Assembly: GCA_963666215.2 (NCBI GenBank)
Contig: CAXWPL010000004.1
Location: 416,001 to 480,000 of the forward strand
From: Acidobacteriota bacterium
Lineage (GTDB): Bacteria; Acidobacteriota; UBA890; WLXD01
DNA length: 64,000 nucleotides
Direction of reading: 5' to 3'
Part shown: positions 26,811-36,730 of the stretch, in pieces
How the letters are laid out: every line of letters starts with the position of its first letter
Position numbering within the stretch: position 1 is the first letter of the stretch
Made by a program: the position numbers and the translations under genes
Notes under the pieces: model-generated
Told to the model about the DNA's origin: nothing
Databases searched by the model: none
Seen by the model: only the letters and a program-made list of their open reading frames with translations

Positions 26811-27743
26811 TTCGCGGGCGAGTTCGCCGACACGTTCGGTCCGGGCAAGCACACGCTCATCACCGACAACATCCCGGTCCTGACCCGGCTCAAGTCGTGG
26901 AAGTACGGCCTCGTCTCGCCGTTCAAGGCCGACGTCTTTTTCGTGAACACGCGGCTCTTCACGGGCAACAAGTGGGGCACCTCCAACCCGATCATGATGC
27001 GCGACGAGGACTTCGGCATCGTGCTGGCGCGGGCGTTCGGCACCTACGATTTCCGTATCACCGACGTGAAGGCGTTCATCCGCGAGGTAGCGGGCGCCGA
27101 CCGCGACTTCCGGCTCGAAGAATTCAGCGACACGATGCGCTCCCGCGTTGTGAGTGTGTTCAGCGACGCGCTGGCCACGTCCGAGATCCCCGTTCTCGAC
27201 GCGTCGATGAAGTACACCGAGCTTGGCGACGCTCTGTTGCCGCTGATCAATCCGGTGGTGTCGTCGAAGTACGGACTCGAGCTCACGAGCTTTGTGGTGG
27301 AGAACGTCTCGCTGCCTCCGGAAGTGGAAGAGGCCATCGACAAGCGCTCCAGCATGGCCGCCGTCGGCAACCTCAACGACTACGTCAAGTTCCAGCTCGG
27401 CAAGGGCATGGAGGCTGGCGGCAGCTCGGGCGGCATGGCCACCGAAATGGCCGTTGGTTTCGCCATGGCGCAGCAGATCGTGCAGCAGCAGGGCGCGGGG
27501 CTTCTTGGTGGCGCGGCGCCTGCGACAGCAGCAAGCCCGGCGGCAGCAGCGAGTGGGACGGCTGTGGCGGCGGCCGTCACCATGCTTCCCGACCTGATGA
27601 AGCCGGACGACGTTGCGGCCGCTCTGGGAGTGAGCTTGGACGATGTCATGGCGATCCTGGGGTCGGGCGAGCTCAAGGCCAAGAAAATCGGCTCGACGTT
27701 CCGCATTCGTCGATCCGATCTCGACGCCTTTCTGGGGAGCTAG
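26811..27743 (+). CDS. SPFH-domain (YdjI-like) protein with a C-terminal HTH_17/excisionase-like domain; 5' end missing
   Basis: In-frame family sequence starts immediately after the yoeB stop (FAGEFADTFGPGKHTLITDNIPVLT..SWKYG..SPFKADVFFVNT...KWGTSNPI), with no start codon or N-terminal segment; C-terminal LMKPDDVAAALGV...GELKAKKIGSTFRIRRSDL. Confidence 0.8.
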   Translation, partial: FAGEFADTFGPGKHTLITDNIPVLTRLKSWKYGLVSPFKADVFFVNTRLFTGNKWGTSNPIMMRDEDFGIVLARAFGTYDFRITDVKAFIREVAGADRDFRLEEFSDTMRSRVVSVFSDALATSEIPVLDASMKYTELGDALLPLINPVVSSKYGLELTSFVVENVSLPPEVEEAIDKRSSMAAVGNLNDYVKFQLGKGMEAGGSSGGMATEMAVGFAMAQQIVQQQGAGLLGGAAPATAASPAAAASGTAVAAAVTMLPDLMKPDDVAAALGVSLDDVMAILGSGELKAKKIGSTFRIRRSDLDAFLGS

Positions 27744-27758
27744 CAGGCCGAGCTCTCG

Positions 27759-28916
27759 ATGAGCGATCTGAGCCCATCATCACCGCCACCAGGAGCGGCG
27801 GGCCCTGGCGCGCCTCCGCAGCCCGACGATCGCCAGATCGCCGCGCTCGAGCGACACGGCTGCGCTGCGTGCGGCGCGCGAGCTGTTTGGAACCCTGGTA
27901 GGCAGGGCCTGATCTGCGAGTACTGCGGCACCGAGTCACCATACGAGATCGACATGGCCGGCGAGATCCACGAGCTCGATCTCGTCCGTGCGCTGCGCGA
28001 GATTCCCGAATCGCTGCGCGGCTGGCAAACGGAAACGCAGACGGTCAAGTGTCGAAGTTGTCACGCGGTGTCGGTATTCGCAGCCGGCCGAGTGGGCCAG
28101 AACTGCGAGTTCTGCGGCTCGCCCGAGCTTGTGGACTACGAGGAGCTCAAATCGCCTCTTCGCCCGCAAAGTCTGATGCCGTTCCAAGTGGACAAGGCCA
28201 AGGTCCGCCGCCTCATCAAGGGCTTCTACGCATCGAAGTGGCTGGCTCCCGGAGCCCTTCGAAAGAGCGCGGCGATCGAGAATGTTCGAGGAGTCTATAT
28301 CCCGTACTGGACGTTCGACGCTCGGGTCGATTGTCCCTGGACCGCAGACTCGGGCACCTACTACTACACCACCGAGACCTACCGCGACTCGGACGGTACG
28401 ACCAAGCAGCGGCAGGTTCGACACACACGGTGGCGACCCGCATCTGGGCGGGTCAGGGAGTTCTTCGACGACGAGCCTGTGCCCGGTACCCAGGGAGTCG
28501 ACCCGAAGCTCCTGCGACAAATCGAACCCTTTCCCAACCAGGAGCTCGTGGCCTACGACACGGCCTATCTTTCGGGCTTCATCGTCGAGCACTACCAAGT
28601 CGTCCTGCTCGACGCAGCCCGTCAGGCGCGCTCGTCGATCGAATCCAAGCTCCGACGACTGTGTGGCTCGGAAGTCCCCGGCGACACGCATCGGAATCTG
28701 GTGATCAATCCGACCTACCGAGATCAGACGTTCAAGCACATCCTCGTACCCGTCTGGTTGCTGAGCTACAACTTCAAGGGCACCAGCTACCAGGTGCTCG
28801 CCAACGGCTTCACCGGCGCCTTGGCAGGCCGCTACCCCAAGAGTCGCTGGAAGATCTTCTTCCTCGTGCTCTTCGCGGCCCTGGCACTTGGGGCGTTCGC
28901 GCTATTCGCCGGGTAA
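27759..28916 (+). CDS. Zinc-ribbon membrane-anchored protein (usual partner of YdjI-like SPFH proteins)
   Basis: Four CxxC pairs (CAACG, CEYCG, CRSCH, CEFCG), GVYIPYWTFD, FKHILVPVWL, C-terminal TM helix. Confidence 0.85.
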   Translation: MSDLSPSSPPPGAAGPGAPPQPDDRQIAALERHGCAACGARAVWNPGRQGLICEYCGTESPYEIDMAGEIHELDLVRALREIPESLRGWQTETQTVKCRSCHAVSVFAAGRVGQNCEFCGSPELVDYEELKSPLRPQSLMPFQVDKAKVRRLIKGFYASKWLAPGALRKSAAIENVRGVYIPYWTFDARVDCPWTADSGTYYYTTETYRDSDGTTKQRQVRHTRWRPASGRVREFFDDEPVPGTQGVDPKLLRQIEPFPNQELVAYDTAYLSGFIVEHYQVVLLDAARQARSSIESKLRRLCGSEVPGDTHRNLVINPTYRDQTFKHILVPVWLLSYNFKGTSYQVLANGFTGALAGRYPKSRWKIFFLVLFAALALGAFALFAG

Positions 28917-29056
28917 CCCTCTCGGCAACGGCGGCGGCTCGCTCGGTATCCGTGGGCTCAGTGCGATCTCCGCGTGAATTGAAACAGCAGACGTCTCGCG
29001 TGGCGCACGCTACTCGGCCGCGGTAGCTCCGGCTAGCTGACGCTCACCGGTGCGCC

Positions 29057-29437
29057 CTAGGCGGAACGATAAAGGCGCAGCTCCTCAATGTCATCGAAGT
29101 CGCGAGTATTGAGCGTCCACAGCGCCGCATCGGCCAGTAGGGTGGTGGCTGCAATGCCGAGATCGATCTCTCGCCTTCTCGGGGTGGGCACGCTGCGGTA
29201 GAGGTCGGCAGCCAAGGCCGCGGTCGCGTCATCGAAAGCAAGCGTTTCGCTGCGCGGAAAGAGCGTCTCTTGGGCGAGCAACTCCTCGCGTAGCCGGGGG
29301 CCTCGCAGCCACTCGTAAAGAACCAGGGATGGGAGAAGCAGCCTCTGCCCGTCTTCCAGGGCGCTCCGCAACTGCGGCGCAGAGCGACGCGGGCCGGTAA
29401 GCGCGTCGACCAGGAGCGATGTATCCAGAACGATCAC
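29057..29437 (-). CDS. vapC: VapC PIN-domain toxin
   Basis: MIVLDTSLLVD, YEWLRG, DLGIAAT, LWTLNTRDFDDI. Confidence 0.9.
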   Translation of the reverse strand: MIVLDTSLLVDALTGPRRSAPQLRSALEDGQRLLLPSLVLYEWLRGPRLREELLAQETLFPRSETLAFDDATAALAADLYRSVPTPRRREIDLGIAATTLLADAALWTLNTRDFDDIEELRLYRSA

Positions 29438-29778
29438 GCTGGGTTTTCTTGGCGCTTGGCCGCGGTCACGCCCTTCGTCGTCTCGACAGTTGGCGACTCT
29501 GCCGAGCGTCGACCACCCGCCCGCCGCGCTTCACGAATCTCGCTGAGCTCGCGATCGACTTCGGCCACCGGCCGCTGCGGAATCCGCGGCACAAGCTCGT
29601 CGAAGGCCGCCAATCGGCGCAACCGCTCAGCCTCGCTCAGTCACCCGACGCGGGCGGCGTAATCGACGATCGCCTCACGCACCACCATGCTCTTGGGCTT
29701 GCCGAGCCGTGCGGCCGCAAGGGTGAGCTTCTGGACCGTTGACTCATCGAGCGTGAACGTAACTTTGCGTTTTACCAT
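29434..29778 (-). pseudogene. vapB: RHH/CopG antitoxin interrupted by an in-frame TGA at codon 46 (29641-29643)
   Basis: MVKRKVTFTLDESTVQKLTLAAARLGKPKSMVVREAIVDYAARVG*LSEAERLRRLAAFDELVPRIP; continues in frame to 29434. Confidence 0.8.
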
Positions 29779-29978
29779 ATCGTTACCATACTGCCATGTA
29801 CACCATGAGATCTATCCCCGCGTCAACGATCCGCCGGTGTCGTGCGCGCGATCGAACCTGAGTCATCGGTGTTGTCATGCCGTCAGTCGGCGAGATGCCC
29901 CCCGGCTCGCCTCCGCGCGTCTGAAACGCACCCCACCCCCACCGCACCCATTCCGAGCCTAGGAGGCGGCGTCTGAAG

Positions 29979-32900
29979 CTAGCCGGCCGCCTCGGGATAC
30001 GTCCCCGCAAGATCGGGTGTCTCGGACTCGACGCGGCGACTTGCACGGGACTCGCCGCGTTTGAACGACCACTCCTCGATCATCGTCCAGATCGTGGGGA
30101 TGAAGATGAGGGTGATTAGCGTCGACGTCAGCAGGCCAGCGATCACGACGCGCGCCATCGGGGCCTGCATCTCGCCGCCCTCGCCGAGGCCGAGCGCCAT
30201 CGGCACCATCGCCAGCACGGTGGTGAGGGTGGTCATCAGAATCGGGCGCAGCCTACGGCGACCGGCCGTTTCGACCGCCTCGCGCAGGGGCATGCGATCG
30301 CGACGACGCAACAGGTTGATGTAGTCACCGAGCACGATGGCGTTATTGACCACAATGCCCGCCAGCATGATGACGCCAATGAACGCCTGAATATTGAAGG
30401 TCGTGCCCGTCAAGAACAGCATGAGCACGATACCGATGGCGGCCAGCGGAATCGAGAACAGGATAATGAACGGATCGCGGAGCGACTCGAACTGAGACGC
30501 CATGACCGCGTAGACGAGGATAATCGCCAGCGCCAGCACCAGCATCAGATCGTTGAAGGCACGCTGTTGCTCGAGGTACTCGTCGCCGAGAAGAATCGCG
30601 AACTGCGGCGGGATATCCATCCTGCGAACGCCGTCCTGGATATCGGCCATCACGCTCCCCATGTCGCGACCTTCGACATCGGCCGACACGGTGATGATGC
30701 GCTCCTGGTCCTTGCGGGTAATGCTCACCGGGCCCTCTCGACGCTCGAGTGTCACGATGCTCGAGGCGGCGATGCGGCGCCCCGTCGGCGTGATGATGGG
30801 CACGCGGTCGAGCTGACTGAGGTTCTGCCGATCGGCTTCTCGTAGTCGTACGAGGACATCGAACTCACGGCCGGAATCACGGAAACGCGTCGCCACGCGC
30901 CCGCCGATCGCGGTCCGCAGCGTGCTCGCGGTATCGGAAAGATTGAGACCGAGCGTCGCCGCTTTTTCGCGATCGAGAACGACACGTAGCTCGGGTACTC
31001 CGGGCTGCCGACTGACACGCGGGTCAACAATGCCGTCGATCGCGCTCATGGTGTCTTGCAGCTCCTCGGCGAGACGCTCGGCGGTCGCCAAGTCATAGCC
31101 GCGGATCTCGACGCTGAGACGCTCGCCTTCGCCGCCCGCGCCGCGGAACAGCCAGTTGTTGCTGCCCGGACGCGCGAACGCGATCATTCCGGGCCGTCGT
31201 ACCAGGTGCGGACGCAAGGCCGCGGCCACCTCGGCACTGGAGCGCGTCCGCTGGTTCAGGTCGACGAGCGACACCCGGAGGTTGCCTTTGTGTGTGGCCG
31301 ACTCACGCCAACCCCCGCCGCCAACCTCGGCGAGCACGTGCAGCGCCTCGGGCACCTGCTCGGCGATCACCTGCTCGAGCTCAGCGATGACCTTGTCGGT
31401 AACACCAACGCGTGTTCCGGCGGGCAGCTCGATGTTGATCCGCACCTCACCTTCGTCGGTTTCGGGCATCAGCTCGAAACCGATGAACGGCACCAGCATC
31501 ATGGTGCCGACGAACAGCGCAGTCGTGCCCCAGACGACAGTCCAGCGATGCCCTAGCGCCCAATGGATGGCGCCCTCGTAGGCCTCGTCGAGCGAACGCA
31601 GCATGCTGCCCGAGCGCATCACCAGCTGATTGATGATCGGATGATGCTCGGCGTCAGGGGGACGCACCTGCAGAAATCGGTGGCAAAGCACGGGAATGAT
31701 GGTCAACGCCACAAGCAGCGAGCAGGTGAGCGCGAAAGCGACCACCAAAGAGAGCTGCTGGAACATGATTCCGGCCATGCCGGTGAGGAAAACGAGCGGC
31801 ACGAAAACGGCGAGCGTCGTAAGCGTCGAGGCGATGATGGCCGTCGAGACCTCGGCGCTCCCCTCGATCGCGGCGTACTCCTTGGTTTGACCCGCCTCGC
31901 GATGCCGGAAGATGTTCTCGAGCACCACGATGGCGTTGTCGACCAGCATGCCCACACCCAGCGCCAGGCCACCAAACGACATCGTGTTGAGCGTGAAGTC
32001 GTAGTAGTACATGAGTGCGAAGGTGGCGATGACCGCGATCGGAATCGAAACGCCAATGATCAGCGTGCTGCGTAGGTTGCGCAGGAACAGAAACAACACC
32101 AGCACGGCAAGCACGGCCCCGAAGACGGCCGAGTTGCGCACGTTGGAGATCGATTCTTCGATGTACTTCGACTGGTCGAAGATCGGTGTGATCGTGAGCC
32201 CGGCGAAGTCGCGGCGGATACGATCGAGCTCTTCCTTCACGGAGTTGGCGACGGTGACCGTGTTGGAGCCCGACTGCTTGCTGATCGACATGCGCAACGC
32301 TGGCTGGTCGTCGACGCGGATCAACTGGCGGACTTCCTCGTAGCCATCGTTGATCTCCGCGATGTCGCGTAGATAAACGGGAACACCGTTGCGCGTCGAA
32401 ACCACGATGCTCCGCATGGGTTCGATTTCGGTGAACTCACCCTGGCTGCGGAGCAGGATCTCGAAATCGCCCTCCGGAACCGGCCCGATGGGCTCGTTGC
32501 GATTCTCGCGATTGAGCACCGCGACCACCTGGCTCACCGAGATGTCGTAGGCGAGCAGCTGCCCGAGGTTGAGCAGAACCTGGATCTGCCTGCGAAGCCC
32601 ACCACGGATGTCGGCCGAAGCAACGCCGGGCACACGCTCGAGGCGGTACTGCAGCTGATCCTCGGCGAACTGGCGCAGCTCGCGCGCGTCCATGTCGCCA
32701 CCGACCGCAATGTAGAGGATGGGGAACTGCGAGACGTCGAACTTGAACAGCGTCGGCGGATCGGCCTGTTCGGGGAGAACGCCGCGGATACGATCGAGGC
32801 GCGAACGCACCTCCGCCGAGGCTTCGTCGAGGTTGGTGCCCCATTCGAAGCTGATCCGGACCGTGCTACTGCCCTCCGACGACGTGGAGTTGATGCGCTC

Positions 32901-33131
32901 GACGTTCGGCACCGCCGCCATCGACTGCTCAACCGGCCGCGTAATCAGATTCTCGATTTCCTCGGGACCCACGCCGGCGTAGTCGGTGCGCACCGTGAGC
33001 GTGGGGAACTCGACGTCGGGCATCAAGTCGACCGGCAAGCGCGCGAAGGAGACGAGGCCCAGCAGCACGACGACCACACCCAGCATGAGCATCGTCACGG
33101 GGCGATGAATTGCGATTCGCGGAAGGTTCAT
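29979..33131 (-). CDS. RND efflux transporter permease (AcrB/AcrD/AcrF family)
   Basis: 1050 aa; GMLVDNAIVVLENI, GIVVNNAIVL, RLRPILMTTLTT. Confidence 0.96.
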   Translation of the reverse strand: MNLPRIAIHRPVTMLMLGVVVVLLGLVSFARLPVDLMPDVEFPTLTVRTDYAGVGPEEIENLITRPVEQSMAAVPNVERINSTSSEGSSTVRISFEWGTNLDEASAEVRSRLDRIRGVLPEQADPPTLFKFDVSQFPILYIAVGGDMDARELRQFAEDQLQYRLERVPGVASADIRGGLRRQIQVLLNLGQLLAYDISVSQVVAVLNRENRNEPIGPVPEGDFEILLRSQGEFTEIEPMRSIVVSTRNGVPVYLRDIAEINDGYEEVRQLIRVDDQPALRMSISKQSGSNTVTVANSVKEELDRIRRDFAGLTITPIFDQSKYIEESISNVRNSAVFGAVLAVLVLFLFLRNLRSTLIIGVSIPIAVIATFALMYYYDFTLNTMSFGGLALGVGMLVDNAIVVLENIFRHREAGQTKEYAAIEGSAEVSTAIIASTLTTLAVFVPLVFLTGMAGIMFQQLSLVVAFALTCSLLVALTIIPVLCHRFLQVRPPDAEHHPIINQLVMRSGSMLRSLDEAYEGAIHWALGHRWTVVWGTTALFVGTMMLVPFIGFELMPETDEGEVRINIELPAGTRVGVTDKVIAELEQVIAEQVPEALHVLAEVGGGGWRESATHKGNLRVSLVDLNQRTRSSAEVAAALRPHLVRRPGMIAFARPGSNNWLFRGAGGEGERLSVEIRGYDLATAERLAEELQDTMSAIDGIVDPRVSRQPGVPELRVVLDREKAATLGLNLSDTASTLRTAIGGRVATRFRDSGREFDVLVRLREADRQNLSQLDRVPIITPTGRRIAASSIVTLERREGPVSITRKDQERIITVSADVEGRDMGSVMADIQDGVRRMDIPPQFAILLGDEYLEQQRAFNDLMLVLALAIILVYAVMASQFESLRDPFIILFSIPLAAIGIVLMLFLTGTTFNIQAFIGVIMLAGIVVNNAIVLGDYINLLRRRDRMPLREAVETAGRRRLRPILMTTLTTVLAMVPMALGLGEGGEMQAPMARVVIAGLLTSTLITLIFIPTIWTMIEEWSFKRGESRASRRVESETPDLAGTYPEAAG

Positions 33132-34300
33132 GCGGAAGTCTCCTCCTCGGAGCGCGATGCACCGGCACCACTCACGCGCACGCTGTCACCGTCGCGCAGC
33201 AGATTCGAGCCCATGGTGGCGACGGTCTCACCAGGCTGCAGCCCGGTGGCGATCTCGATCCAGTCCTCGCCGGTCAGTCCGACTCGTATCTCGCGGAACG
33301 TGGCGATGTCGTCGCTAATGACAAAGACGCCCTGCTGCTCGCCGCGCACCACGAGCGCTTGCCGCGGGATTCGCAGCACATTGCCCTGATCGCCGAGATC
33401 GAGATCGATGCGCGCGAACATCTCGGCACGAAGCCGCCGGTTGGTGTTGGGGACCACGATCTCGACGCGGGCCGTTCGAGTTTGAGGATCGAGCAGTGGA
33501 GCGATCCGCGCCACCGTACCGATAAACGTCTCGCCGGGCATCGCGTCGACCGTAACCCTGCCCTGGGTACCCATTTGCAGCTTCACCAGATCGCGTTCGG
33601 CGACGTTCGCGATCAACTCCACGGTGTCGAGCTTGATCAGCGTAACCACCGGCGTCGCGGCGTTGACGAGTGTTCCAACGTCGACAAACCGACGGCCAAC
33701 CACACCGCTCATCGGCGCGATGACGCGTGTTTGGTCGAGGCGAATCTGCAGCTCTCGCAACCCCGCCTCGGATTGCAGCAGCTGCGCCCGCGCCAGATTG
33801 AGCTGTGCCTCGCCCACCTCGAAGCGCGTCTGCGACTGCTCGCGGTCCTGATCGGAAATCAGCCCCTGCTCACGCAGGCCGTTGTTGCGATCGCGCATGA
33901 CCTGCAGGTTCTGCAGCTCGAGCTCACGTTGATTGATCACGGCGCGCGCAACTTCGAGCGCGGCTTCCGACTGCTGCTCTTGCTGCCGCAGCTCATCGTC
34001 CTCGAGCTTGGCCAGCATCTGGCCGTTCTGCACCGCATCGCCGAGGTCGACATGCATGGCCACCACGCGTCCGTTGATGCGCGGCGTCACTTCGACCACC
34101 TCCTGAGCGCGCAGCGAGCCCACGAGAGTGAGTGACTGGCTCACGGGTCCGAGCTCGGCGATGGCAGCGTTGACGGAACGCGACAAGCCCGCAGACGGAA
34201 ACCCAGCTGCCGCTTCCGCAGCGGGCCACTGCTGGTAAAGGCGTAGACCTATGAGGCCTACGAATCCCAGCAGGGCAACAAGAAAGAGCGTGCGCTTCAT
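33128..34300 (-). CDS. RND efflux periplasmic adaptor (MFP) subunit
   Basis: N-terminal anchor, lipoyl halves GRVVAMHVDLGDAV and APMSGVV, coiled-coil hairpin, DPQTRT, GLQPGETV. Confidence 0.95.
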   Translation of the reverse strand: MKRTLFLVALLGFVGLIGLRLYQQWPAAEAAAGFPSAGLSRSVNAAIAELGPVSQSLTLVGSLRAQEVVEVTPRINGRVVAMHVDLGDAVQNGQMLAKLEDDELRQQEQQSEAALEVARAVINQRELELQNLQVMRDRNNGLREQGLISDQDREQSQTRFEVGEAQLNLARAQLLQSEAGLRELQIRLDQTRVIAPMSGVVGRRFVDVGTLVNAATPVVTLIKLDTVELIANVAERDLVKLQMGTQGRVTVDAMPGETFIGTVARIAPLLDPQTRTARVEIVVPNTNRRLRAEMFARIDLDLGDQGNVLRIPRQALVVRGEQQGVFVISDDIATFREIRVGLTGEDWIEIATGLQPGETVATMGSNLLRDGDSVRVSGAGASRSEEETSA

Positions 34301-34557
34301 GAGCTACGTTGGGCGCGCGGGGTGGGCGCAGTAAGGGACTCGCCCTCAGGGAACGCCATTTTCACACACCACCCACCCGGCAACGCACCGTCGGCGCGCT
34401 TTTTTGTGCGCTCGCCCTCTACTGCCACTTTTGCCTTCCTTGTTGTCGCTCGGGTGCTACGCGAGTTACGCTCCGCTACCGGCGCGCGTCCCCAAGCGCC
34501 GGCTCTCGGACGTCAATCGTCTGAGAGGAGACCACGGGCCCTGCCTGAGGTGAGCGC

Positions 34558-35703
34558 TTGAGTGATCTGGAGACACGGGACGGCGAAGCCAACACGGCGA
34601 TGTCGAACCCGATCCACAGCGCCGACCTCGCCCGCCTGTTCGACCTGTCACTCGACCTGCTCTGCGTGGCCGGCACCGACGGGTTCTTCAAGAGCGTGAA
34701 CCCGGCTTTCGAGCGGATTCTCGGACACTCTCCTGGCGAGCTGTTGAGCCGCTCCTTTGTCGAGTTCGTTCACCCGGACGACCGCGAGAGTACGCTGCGC
34801 GAGGTTGGACACCTCGCCGAGGGCAAGGTGGTTGTCGACTTCCGTAACCGCTACCTCGCCAAAGATGGCAGCTGGCGCTGGATCGCGTGGCGCGCCACAC
34901 CGGTGGCCGAAAGAGGATTGATCTACGCCGTCGGCCGCGACATCACCGAGCAGATCATCATCGACGAGGATCTGGCAGCCCAAGGGCGCGAGCTGGCGCG
35001 CTCCAACGCCGACCTCGCGGATTTCGCCGCGATCGCGTCACACGACCTGCGGGCACCACTGCGCGGCATGTCCAACCTGGCGCGCTGGATCGAAGAAGAC
35101 TCCGGCGAGTCGCTCACCGAAAAGGTCAGGGCGCATCTCGCCATGCTGCGCCGTCGTATCACCAAGATGGAACGATTGATCGACGATCTTCTGGCGTACG
35201 CGCGGGCGGGAAGCGGCACGAACCGCACCACCACCGAGAAAGCCGACCCGCTGGGAACCAGCAACTGCGAGGTCGTCGACACGAAGTTGCTTGTCGCTGA
35301 GGTGGTGGAATTGCTCGCGCCGCCGGCGGGAATGGAAATTGTCGTCGAGGATAACCTCCCAGCGCTGGAGACCCCGCGTGCTCCGCTGGAGCATGTCTTC
35401 CGCAACCTCATCGACAACGCCGTCGTGCATCACGACCGCGACACCGGTCGCATTGTCGTGGCGGCACGCGAGACTGGCGAAATGTGGGAGTTCGAGGTCG
35501 CCGACGACGGGCCCGGCATTACCGACGGGGAGCGTGAGCGAATCTTCGAACGCTTTCACACGAGTGGCGGCAAGCGCCGAACAGGTCTCGGCCTGGCGCT
35601 CGTCGCCAGGTTCGTTTCACAAGTCGGGGGGACGGTCGAGGTAAGCTCTGGGTCGGGACGTGGAGCGTGTTTCCGCTTCACATGGCCCACAACCACCCGC
35701 TGA
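34558..35703 (+). CDS. PAS-domain sensor histidine kinase
   Basis: PAS (FDLSLDLLCVAGTDG...VHPDD...DGSWRW), H-box ASHDLRAPL, N-box NLIDNA, DDGPGI, GLGLAL. Confidence 0.93.
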   Translation: MSDLETRDGEANTAMSNPIHSADLARLFDLSLDLLCVAGTDGFFKSVNPAFERILGHSPGELLSRSFVEFVHPDDRESTLREVGHLAEGKVVVDFRNRYLAKDGSWRWIAWRATPVAERGLIYAVGRDITEQIIIDEDLAAQGRELARSNADLADFAAIASHDLRAPLRGMSNLARWIEEDSGESLTEKVRAHLAMLRRRITKMERLIDDLLAYARAGSGTNRTTTEKADPLGTSNCEVVDTKLLVAEVVELLAPPAGMEIVVEDNLPALETPRAPLEHVFRNLIDNAVVHHDRDTGRIVVAARETGEMWEFEVADDGPGITDGERERIFERFHTSGGKRRTGLGLALVARFVSQVGGTVEVSSGSGRGACFRFTWPTTTR

Positions 35704-35768
35704 CGGGTAAGCACCGTCCGCAAGGGCGGCGCCGACAGCGGTCCCTCCACGAACATTCCGGCCAGCGC

Positions 35769-36730
35769 GTGAGCGAATCGACACTGAGGATCCTGGTAGT
35801 CGACGACGACGAGGTCGACCTGGAAGCGGTTCGGCGTTGCCTGGAGGACTTCGACGACGTGGAGTTGACGTTCGCGTCGGACGGCGCCACGGCGATGGCG
35901 CATGTCGAGAACGCGGCGCCGGACCTTGTCTTGACCGACCTGCGCATGCCTCGTGTTGACGGCCTCGAGCTGGTCGAACAGTTGCACGAGGAGTACCCGC
36001 TCATCCCCGTTGTACTGATGACCGCTCGTGGCAGCGAGCAGATCGCCGTAGCAGCGCTCGAGGCCGGCGCGTCGAGCTACGTCCCGAAACATCTCCTCGC
36101 AGAGGAGCTCGAAGAAACCATCGAGCAGGTTCTCGAGGTAGCCGAGTCGCGCCAAGCGCAACGGGAGCTCATGCAATTTCTCGGAAGTAGGGAGACGCGG
36201 TTCGAGTTGGACGGTGATATTACGCTCATCATGCCGCTCGTGACCTATTTTCAGGAGAGTCTCGAACGCCTGGATTTCGGCGACGAGTCCACCCGCACCC
36301 AAATCGGAATGGCATTGAGCGAGGGAATCTCGAACGCCATCCTGCGCGGCAATCTGGAGGTAGGCTCGGAGCTGCGCGCCAACGATCGCGACGCGTACGA
36401 CGCGCTGATTCGCGAGCGCGCGGCGCAGGAGCCGTACTCACTGCGCCGCGTCACGGTGACCGCGACGGAGTCGACCGAGGTGGTCCGCTACGTCATACGT
36501 GACGAGGGGCCGGGGTTCGATCCAGCCGTGCTGCCCGACCCCACGTCGGCAAAAACCTCCTCGCCGTCAGCGGCCGCGGCGTCATGCTGATGCGCACGTT
36601 CATGGACTCGGTTGAGTACAACGAGGTCGGCAACCAGGTCACACTGACGAAGTCGAACCCGGAGGTTGCGAGGAACGAGGCCGACGACACCAACGCGGAC
36701 GGCGACGCCAGCGCCGACGACGCCTCCTAG
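35769..36730 (+). CDS. Response regulator receiver fused to an RsbW-like HATPase_c domain; frameshift near 36551
   Basis: ILVVDDD, TDLRMP, YVPK receiver; [10 protein letters not shown]; after the A-run at 36551 a shifted frame gives [33 protein letters not shown] to TAG 36730. Confidence 0.85.

Noticed and set aside
29641-29643. In-frame TGA in the antitoxin as Sec, or evidence of genetic code 4/25
   Set aside because: Best explained by CGA>TGA. TGA is the true stop of many intact genes here (hisS, pntAA, soxB, yoeB), so it is not reassigned.
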